DNA of 52,640 nt. It comes from a virus. Lineage: Duplodnaviria; Caudoviricetes. The position numbers and the translations under genes were made by a program. Location of the stretch: the IMG/VR virus record IMGVR_UViG_3300002854_000247, positions 1-52,640 of that record; one strand, written 5' to 3'. The first letter of the stretch is position 1; each line of letters opens with the position of its first letter. Below are positions 46,493-52,640 of this stretch, in pieces. A model generated the notes under the pieces. The model ran no database searches, was not told the origin of the DNA, and worked only from the letters and a program-made list of their open reading frames with translations.

Positions 46493-46992
46493 TGGCGACG
46501 GTGAACCGGATCGTCGAGACCGAGGCCGATCGGCGCGCCCTGCTACGGTTTCTGGAGGGGCGCCCAATCCCCCTCACTGTCACGATGACGGATGGCAAGC
46601 ACAAAACTGACAAGCAAAACCGGCTCCAGCGCCAATGGGTGATGGAAATCGCATCGCAACTCGGAGACCGCACGCCGGAGCAAGTGCGTGGGGAATGCAA
46701 ACTCCGGTTCGGAGTGCCAATCCTGCGCGAGGAGAACGAAGCCTTCCGGCTCGTCTATGACCGCTTGATCAAGCCGCACACCTACGAAGAAAAGCTGGAC
46801 TTCATGATGGAGCCCTTTGACTTCGGCGTGACGCGCATCATGACGACGCGCCAGAAGACGGAATATCTCAACCGTCTCCACGAGCATTATTCCGCCCAGG
46901 GCATTGTGCTCTCCAATCCAGAAGACCTGAAATTTCGCGGGTTGGCTCTCGGCCGCGCCTCACAGGCTGCGAACGATAGGAGAGTGGCATAA
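46492..46992 (+). CDS. NinB-like recombination protein
   Basis: T.KQNRL...W..EIA.Q, TR.MT..Q..EYL. Confidence 0.7.
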   Translation: MATVNRIVETEADRRALLRFLEGRPIPLTVTMTDGKHKTDKQNRLQRQWVMEIASQLGDRTPEQVRGECKLRFGVPILREENEAFRLVYDRLIKPHTYEEKLDFMMEPFDFGVTRIMTTRQKTEYLNRLHEHYSAQGIVLSNPEDLKFRGLALGRASQAANDRRVA

Positions 46993-47822
46993 TGGCCGAG
47001 AACTCTGCGATTTCATGGACGCGGCACACTTGGAACCCTTGGATGGGCTGCACCAAACTCACACCGGCCTGCGACGGCTGTTATGCCGAAGCTCTGATGG
47101 ATAAGCGATATGGGAAGGTGCAGTGGGGCAATCACCCGCGCATCCGAACCGGCAAACACACGTGGAATGACCCGTTCCGCTGGCAGCGGCAGGCCGAGAA
47201 GGACGGCGATCGGCCATTCGTGTTCTGCGCAAGCCTCGCAGATATCTTCGACAATCAGGTCGATCCGCAGTGGCGCGCCGACGCCTTCGATGTCATGCGG
47301 CAGACGCCGAACCTCGTTTATCTGCTCCTGACCAAGCGGCCACAGAACATCGTCAAGATGGCGGATGCTGCGGGGGGCCTGCCGGCGAACGCAGCTCTTG
47401 GCGCAACGTGCGAAGACCAGCCCCGTGCTGACAAGAACCTGCCGGCGTTGCAGGTCGCAAAGATCGAGCTAGGTCCGCTCTTCACTTTCGGGTCATTCGA
47501 ACCGCTGATCAGTGACATCATCGTCCCCAAGGGCCTGATGCCCGACTGGGTGATCACCGGTGGCGAGACGGATCAGGGTGGGCATAAGGCGCGCCCGACG
47601 CACCCGGACTGGTTCCGCAGCTTGCGTGACCAGGCTGCGGCCGCTGGCGTCGCGTTCCATCACAAGCAGAACGGCGAGTGGGTCTCGGTATCTGAGGTCG
47701 CCGGCCCCGGCGCGCACTTCAAGTTCGACGACGGCGCCACCGTCCGCCGCATCGGCAAAAAGCTCTCCGGGCGTACGATCGACGGTGTGACGCATGATGG
47801 TTTTCCGGAGGTCGCAGCATGA
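46992..47822 (+). CDS. Phage Gp37/Gp68 (DUF5131) family protein
   Basis: TWNPW.GCTK..PAC..CYA, LLTKRP, SFEPL, WVITGGE. Confidence 0.9.
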   Translation: MAENSAISWTRHTWNPWMGCTKLTPACDGCYAEALMDKRYGKVQWGNHPRIRTGKHTWNDPFRWQRQAEKDGDRPFVFCASLADIFDNQVDPQWRADAFDVMRQTPNLVYLLLTKRPQNIVKMADAAGGLPANAALGATCEDQPRADKNLPALQVAKIELGPLFTFGSFEPLISDIIVPKGLMPDWVITGGETDQGGHKARPTHPDWFRSLRDQAAAAGVAFHHKQNGEWVSVSEVAGPGAHFKFDDGATVRRIGKKLSGRTIDGVTHDGFPEVAA

Positions 47823-48016
47823 CCAGCACCATCCGCGTCAAAGGCTACGAGCGCCGCAAGCCCGAGAAGACACCAGACCCGTTCGCTGACAAGATCCGCG
47901 AGCGTCTGGAGCAGATGCGCCGCCATCAGGCCAAGGCACCGCAGCGCCAGTCCATGCCCTCAATCAAGGATGGCCTGAGAATCCTCGTCAAGCTCATGCA
48001 GAAGGGGGGCCGGTGA
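47819..48016 (+). CDS. Hypothetical protein
   Basis: ATGA-coupled. Confidence 0.65.
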   Translation: MTSTIRVKGYERRKPEKTPDPFADKIRERLEQMRRHQAKAPQRQSMPSIKDGLRILVKLMQKGGR

Positions 48017-48034
48017 TGGCGTCGCTCTTGATCG

Positions 48035-48295
48035 TTACAGCTCGCCGGGCGTCACCTTCGGCGGAACGCGGCCGGTGTGGTGCACGGGATTATCGTTGCT
48101 CGCGCTCTCGGTCAGCTTCTCACCGCGCTCGGACTGGCCTGACCGCGCCGGCGGCGCGTCGGCATCTTCCGTACCGCTCTCATCAGCCTGATCAGGCAGC
48201 GGCTGAGGGTCCATATCCATTTCTTGCGGTTCCGGCTTCCACGTTGGGGACGGCATCGGCTGGTTGTTCAGGTCTTCGTTTTTGGGATCGCTCAT
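48035..48295 (-). CDS. 86-aa acidic Pro-rich disordered protein (antisense moron)
   Basis: AGGAG SD; EcfG-type promoter upstream. Confidence 0.7.
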   Translation of the reverse strand: MSDPKNEDLNNQPMPSPTWKPEPQEMDMDPQPLPDQADESGTEDADAPPARSGQSERGEKLTESASNDNPVHHTGRVPPKVTPGEL

Positions 48296-48324
48296 CGTCA
48301 TGCTCCTGTTGGGTACAGACGATC

Positions 48325-48349
48325 AACCCGGCGTATGAGCCAAGGTTCC
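48325..48349 (-). promoter_or_regulatory. EcfG/RpoE2-type promoter
   Basis: GGAAC-N16-GGTT on - strand. Confidence 0.65.
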
Positions 48350-48394
48350 TTTCCAGCGCGCCTATCACGGCCTTCACGGGTATGGAGGGGTGAC

Positions 48395-48799
48395 ATGGCG
48401 AACCGTCGTGAATTCACCAAGAAGACCCAGCGCGAGGCCATGGCCCGGTCTGGTAAGCGATGCGAAGCGGGCGGCGCGATGTACGGCCTAGAGCCCGGCC
48501 ACCGCTGCAATGCCGATCTCTCCTATGGCGTCCAGTTCGATCACATCGTTCTCGACGCCAACTCCAAGGACAACAGCCTGGAGAATTGCGCAGCGGTCTG
48601 CATCAAGTGCCACAGCTGGAAGACGGCCAACCACGACATTCCCATGGCCGCGAAGACCGTTCGCCAGCAGGACATGGCGCTTGGTATCAAGAAGCTCGGA
48701 AAGCGGAAAATCCCGCGCGCGGCATCCCCCAAATCCGACAAGCCCCGCAAGCCCGTCGTCTACCGGCCGTGCACTTTCTATCGTGAGGACTTAACATGA
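48395..48799 (+). CDS. HNH endonuclease
   Basis: RCE...C...FDH...NSLENC..VC..CH..KT. Confidence 0.88.
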   Translation: MANRREFTKKTQREAMARSGKRCEAGGAMYGLEPGHRCNADLSYGVQFDHIVLDANSKDNSLENCAAVCIKCHSWKTANHDIPMAAKTVRQQDMALGIKKLGKRKIPRAASPKSDKPRKPVVYRPCTFYREDLT

Positions 48800-48810
48800 G
48801 CGGTTTAGCA

Positions 48811-48945
48811 TCAAGCACGCGAGTTGGTCGCGAGATACCTCGCGATAATCAACTGTTCCACCTTCGACGTGGCGCGATGAAACGCGACGGCGGCCACGAC
48901 AGCTTTTTTGATGAACCAGCCGGTGACACGATCACGAATTTTCAT
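48811..48945 (-). CDS. Unannotated 44-aa protein MKIRDRVTGWFIKKAVVAAVAFHRATSKVEQLIIARYLATNSRA
   Basis: GGAGGG SD; EcfG-type promoter upstream. Confidence 0.6.
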   Translation of the reverse strand: MKIRDRVTGWFIKKAVVAAVAFHRATSKVEQLIIARYLATNSRA

Positions 48946-48986
48946 CTGGCACCCTCCATCACGTCTTACGAGCAATCTGGAAAAGG

Positions 48987-49011
48987 AATGCCGTCAGGTG
49001 ATTTTGGTTCC
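48987..49011 (-). promoter_or_regulatory. EcfG/RpoE2-type promoter
   Basis: GGAAC-N16-CATT on - strand. Confidence 0.55.
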
Positions 49012-49031
49012 CGCTCAACCTCAGGTGACGC

Positions 49032-49328
49032 ATGACCAGCAAGAAGATTGAAGACGGCGGGCCGGCGTTCCCGGTGGAAGTCCAAACCATGCCGGATGGA
49101 TCGCTTCGACCGGTCCAGACGGGGCACATGACGGGCTGGTCGGGCGGACTCACTACTAGAGACTATTTCGCAATCCATGCCGATGTCCCGTGGAATGCCG
49201 TGATCGATACACTGGCCATCCGTGGAGAGAGCAGCCGGACAGTTCAGCGCATGGCGGAGTACCTAGCCGAAGTTCGGTACATAATGGCCGACGCCATGAT
49301 CGCCGCCCGGAAGGCAGGTGAAGCATGA
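49032..49328 (+). CDS. Phage hypothetical protein (GGPAFP...G.T.RDYFA...ADAMIAAR family)
   Basis: Characteristic motifs. Confidence 0.8.
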   Translation: MTSKKIEDGGPAFPVEVQTMPDGSLRPVQTGHMTGWSGGLTTRDYFAIHADVPWNAVIDTLAIRGESSRTVQRMAEYLAEVRYIMADAMIAARKAGEA

Positions 49329-49654
49329 CCGAGAACATCAAGCACACGCCGGGTCCGTGGACCGTCGATGGTCCTGCACATAACCAGATCGTTTGGAGCT
49401 CCCCTGATAACCGGGTTTGCTTTCTTGCGCACAGCAACGGTGAGAACCCGTCCCGCGATTTCGCGAACGGTCGCTTGATCGCCGCCGCTCCTAATCTGTT
49501 TCAGGCGCTTGATGACCTGCTCGAAGCCTATTCCAAGCCAGACGAGCGTCTATGCTGCGACGGCCGGGACTGCGGCTGCATGGGCTCTACGGTTCATCAG
49601 CAAGCCGAGCATTATGCCCGCGCTGCCATCGCTAAGGCGGGAGGCCGCTCATGA
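49325..49654 (+). CDS. Phage hypothetical protein (HTPGPW...LIAAAP family)
   Basis: Characteristic motifs. Confidence 0.8.
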   Translation: MTENIKHTPGPWTVDGPAHNQIVWSSPDNRVCFLAHSNGENPSRDFANGRLIAAAPNLFQALDDLLEAYSKPDERLCCDGRDCGCMGSTVHQQAEHYARAAIAKAGGRS

Positions 49655-49778
49655 CCACCCCCTCCTCCCCCGTAGACAGCATTGCGAAGGCGATGGAAGG
49701 CGTTGACGAAGCGCGGCTTGCCATCCATGGGGGAGGCAATGGGAATGGAGCCGCCACAGGTACGAAGGGGTGCGCCGA

Positions 49779-50720
49779 ATGACGGTCCAAATCCTCAACG
49801 GCGATTGCCGCCAGATCCTTCGATCGCTTCCTGACCAGAGCGTGCATTGCTGCGTGACATCGCCACCGTACTTCGGTCTCCGAAACTATGACGTTGACGG
49901 GCAGATCGGCCTTGAGCCGACGCCGGCGGCGTTCGTGGCGGAACTGGTCTATGTCTTCCGCGAGGTTCGCCGGGTGCTGCGCGATGATGGCACGCTCTGG
50001 CTGAACCTGGGCGATAGCTACGCAACGGATAGCAAGTGGGGCGGCTCGACGGGGGGCAAGGCTGCGAAGGGGCTGCACGGCTCCGGGGGTGGCGGACGGA
50101 ACCGTACAAACGTCGGTCTGCCGGATAAGAACCTGATCGGCATACCGTGGCGCGTCGCGCTGGCGCTTCAGGACGATGGCTGGATACTTCGGCAGGATGT
50201 GATTTGGAATAAGCCGAACCCGATGCCTGAGAGCGTCAAGGACCGCTGCACCAAGGCGCACGAGTACCTTTTCATGCTGTCCAAGCGTGGGGCTTACTAC
50301 TTCGATGCCGAAGCCATCAAAGAACCTGTGGCCGAGGCGACCGTCTCGCGTCTCGCTCAATCGACCTTGGCCAGTCAGACGGGAAGCGCTCGCGTGCCCG
50401 GAAAGACGAACGGCAACATGAAGGCTGTAGGCAATGGCGAGAAGCGCAATAAGCGCTCCGTCTGGACCGTGACCACGAAGCCGTTCAAGGATGCGCACTT
50501 CGCCACGTTCCCGCCTGACCTTATCGAGCCCTGCATTCTCGCGGGCAGTCCGGCCGGAGCGACTATCCTCGACCCGTTTGGCGGAGCCGGCACCACCGGC
50601 ATGGTCGCCAATCGCCTCAACCGCAACGCGATCCTGATCGAGCTCAATCCAGACTATGCCGACATGGCAGAGAACAGGATTGCAGCCGACAGCACGCTTT
50701 TCACCGGGAGCGCGGCATGA
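49779..50720 (+). CDS. Orphan N4-cytosine/N6-adenine DNA methyltransferase
   Basis: TSPPY, HFATFP, LDPFGGAGTT. Confidence 0.93.
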   Translation: MTVQILNGDCRQILRSLPDQSVHCCVTSPPYFGLRNYDVDGQIGLEPTPAAFVAELVYVFREVRRVLRDDGTLWLNLGDSYATDSKWGGSTGGKAAKGLHGSGGGGRNRTNVGLPDKNLIGIPWRVALALQDDGWILRQDVIWNKPNPMPESVKDRCTKAHEYLFMLSKRGAYYFDAEAIKEPVAEATVSRLAQSTLASQTGSARVPGKTNGNMKAVGNGEKRNKRSVWTVTTKPFKDAHFATFPPDLIEPCILAGSPAGATILDPFGGAGTTGMVANRLNRNAILIELNPDYADMAENRIAADSTLFTGSAA

Positions 50721-50795
50721 ACGAGAAAACATCCTCCTCAGATGCAGATGGTACCATCCGTGCCGGCCGCGACGCTCTGGAGAAGGAGCGCGGCG

Positions 50796-51107
50796 ATGGG
50801 TGAGATATCAACCGACCTTCTGACGCCTGACCAAGCGGCCCAGCTCCTCACCATTTCAACAAAAACCTTGCGCGAGCACGTCAGGGCGGGCGAGATTGCC
50901 TTCATCCCGACCGGCCGGGGCGAGAAGCGAGTTCGGATGAGCTTTGATCGCAAGGACATCCTGGACTTCATCGAAAGCCGCAGGAAACGAGCATGTCCGT
51001 CTACAAGCACGCAAAAAGCCCCTTCTACCAAATTGAGTTCCAACTCAACGGTCATACTTTTCGAGGATCTTCAAAGACCCGGAACAAGAAGGAAGCTGAA
51101 GCCCTAG
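50796..51107 (+). CDS. Excisionase-like HTH protein
   Basis: LLTPDQAAQLL.IS.KTL; overlaps integrase start. Confidence 0.8.
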   Translation: MGEISTDLLTPDQAAQLLTISTKTLREHVRAGEIAFIPTGRGEKRVRMSFDRKDILDFIESRRKRACPSTSTQKAPSTKLSSNSTVILFEDLQRPGTRRKLKP

Positions 51108-52123
51108 AGCGAGCGTGGCGTATAAAGGCTATGGCTGAAATTGAGGAGCGGCGTCGGTCCACCACCGGCCCGCTCACCCTTTCCATGGCAGCCGGTCGGT
51201 ATATGACGGAGGTCATGGTGGGAAAGGCGTCTGAGGGCGATACATACCGCTCGCTAGAGCGGCTTATCAAGTCGATCGGTGGCGCCACACGCATGGACCA
51301 GATCACGGATGCCCATGTGGCGAGCTTCATTGCCAAGCGACGAACCGATAACCGATACGGGAAAAAGAAAAAGCAGGACGACAGTGCTATGGGCACCGTG
51401 TCGAACGCTTCTATCAACCGCGAGACGGCGGTATTAAAGCGACTCTTCATGCGGGCGCGCAGGACTTGGAAGCTCACACTGCCTAACGAACCAGATTGGC
51501 GCGGCCACATGCTGCCGGAGGAAGCCGAGCGCGTCCGCGAGATACATGAGGACGAGGCTGACATCCTCTATAGCGGCTTGCGAGATGATTATCTGCCGTG
51601 GCTTGAATTCGCCCACATGAGCGGCCTGCGGCTCAACGAGACCCTTTTGCGTTGGACATCAGTAAACTGGAAAACTGGCCAGATCCGCACGAAGGGTAAG
51701 GGCAACAAATGGGTCGTGACCCAGATCACCCCATCTATTCGTGCCGTTCTTGAGCCACTGATAGGGCATGATCCCGAATTCGTATTCACATACGTCGCGA
51801 AGCGCGCGTCCAAGCCCGGCAACAAGATCCGCGGCCAGCGGTATCCGTTGACCTACTCCGGCATCCAGAGCCATTGGAGGCGTTTCAAGGATAAGAGTGG
51901 AATCAGCGACCTGCGTATCCATGACATACGTCATGACGCCGCTTCGAAGATCGTCCGAGAGACCGGCAACCTTAAGGTCGGCCAGAAGCTGCTAAACCAC
52001 AGTTCGATTTCAGTGACCGCGAAGTACGCTCACGTCCTCGATACAGAGGTTGCCGATGCGATGGAGCGAGTAGCCAAAACACGGGGGAATCGGAAAGGCG
52101 GCATGAAGGGAAATGGCCAGTGA
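50993..52123 (+). CDS. int: Tyrosine recombinase (phage integrase)
   Basis: SGLRLNE, RIHDIRH, LLNH, T.KYAH catalytic motifs. Confidence 0.95.
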   Translation: MSVYKHAKSPFYQIEFQLNGHTFRGSSKTRNKKEAEALERAWRIKAMAEIEERRRSTTGPLTLSMAAGRYMTEVMVGKASEGDTYRSLERLIKSIGGATRMDQITDAHVASFIAKRRTDNRYGKKKKQDDSAMGTVSNASINRETAVLKRLFMRARRTWKLTLPNEPDWRGHMLPEEAERVREIHEDEADILYSGLRDDYLPWLEFAHMSGLRLNETLLRWTSVNWKTGQIRTKGKGNKWVVTQITPSIRAVLEPLIGHDPEFVFTYVAKRASKPGNKIRGQRYPLTYSGIQSHWRRFKDKSGISDLRIHDIRHDAASKIVRETGNLKVGQKLLNHSSISVTAKYAHVLDTEVADAMERVAKTRGNRKGGMKGNGQ

Positions 52124-52248
52124 TGCCCCGGGAATTTTCCGGGACTTGGCATGCCGCTTTCGGGATTTCGTCTCCGTTTCGTTCCCTTATCGGACAACCA
52201 ATGGAGATTGTGAAGTTGAAAATACTTAAATGAAAACAGATAATTAAA

Positions 52249-52325
52249 TGGCGACCCCTGCAGGGCTCGAACCTGCGACATTCTGCTTAGAAGGCAGATG
52301 CTCTATCCAGCTGAGCTAAGGGGCC
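52249..52325 (-). tRNA. tRNA-Arg(TCT), integration site
   Basis: GGCCCCTTAGCTCAGCTGGATAGAGC...CTTCTAA...GTTCGAGC...GCCA cloverleaf, 77 nt. Confidence 0.95.
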
Positions 52326-52334
52326 GGATGGACC

Positions 52335-52640
52335 TCAGTGGGTCCAGGGCTGCATGCGGTTGAAACGGAAATTGTCGGGATAGGCACACCGCTTGCGGGT
52401 CGCGTCCTTGGGCTCGATCAGGCGGAATTCGATGCCGTTGCGCTCGGCATAGGCGATCGCCTCTTCGCTGGTCTCGAAGGACAGCTTGACCTGCTGGTAC
52501 ATGTCGCCCGAGCTCGTATAGCCCATGATCGGATCGATCGTCCGCGGCTTTTCGGCATCGAACTCCAGAACCCAGAGGTTGGACTTGGCCTTGCCGGACT
52601 GCATGGCGGTCTTGGCGGGACGATAGATCTTCGCGGTCAT
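52335..52640 (-). CDS. ETC complex I subunit (NDUFS4-like) host protein
   Basis: IYRPAKTAMQSG...DPIMGYTSS.DM..QV.L.F. Confidence 0.92.
   Translation of the reverse strand: MTAKIYRPAKTAMQSGKAKSNLWVLEFDAEKPRTIDPIMGYTSSGDMYQQVKLSFETSEEAIAYAERNGIEFRLIEPKDATRKRCAYPDNFRFNRMQPWTH

Larger units (their letters stand above)
48013..48393 (+). other. Sense 'bridge' ORF (126 aa) spanning antisense gene 48035-48295
   Basis: GTGA overlap at start; stop 1 nt before HNH ATG. Confidence 0.5.
48796..49035 (+). other. Sense 'bridge' ORF (79 aa) spanning antisense gene 48811-48945
   Basis: ATGA overlaps at both ends. Confidence 0.5.
1..52290. mobile_element. Temperate prophage (siphovirus-like) integrated at tRNA-Arg(TCT); left boundary outside window
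   Basis: Complete ordered modules (integrase, recombination, cI/cro, replication, terminase, portal, capsid, tail, fibres, lysis); integrase ends ~125 bp from tRNA 3' end. Confidence 0.97.

Noticed and set aside
1-52640. CRISPR array, IS/transposase, rRNA
   Set aside because: No repeat-spacer pattern, transposase motifs or rRNA sequence seen

Overview
About 52 kb of this window is a largely complete temperate siphovirus-like prophage of a Rhizobiaceae-like alphaproteobacterium. It is integrated at the 3' end of tRNA-Arg(TCT) (52249-52325), next to a host ETC complex I subunit-family gene; the left att site is outside the window. From right to left it carries integrase/xis, an early recombination/methylase operon (+), an immunity region (cI/cro, five related operators, and a ~3 kb accessory block at the lambda rexAB-equivalent position), a replication/middle operon (-), a Q-like regulator, terminase-portal-head-tail-fibre-lysis genes (-), and a left-end accessory region with its own XRE switch. 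Five observations stand out. (1) Five antisense accessory genes are each completely spanned by a sense 'bridge' ORF that starts at the upstream gene's stop; four of these also end at the next gene's start. (2) Several unannotated small antisense genes carry GGAAC-N16/17-NNTT general-stress (EcfG/RpoE2-type) promoters. (3) A proteasome-beta-like Ntn hydrolase plus a small partner sits at the rex position. (4) A canonical C_CCU_UUU -1 slippery site splits the head morphogenesis gene. (5) The repressor lacks a peptidase domain and faces a LexA-box operon. The window also has a BstA-like KilA-N gene and cuckoo-type RNA hairpins. All family assignments come from motif recognition by eye, not database searches.
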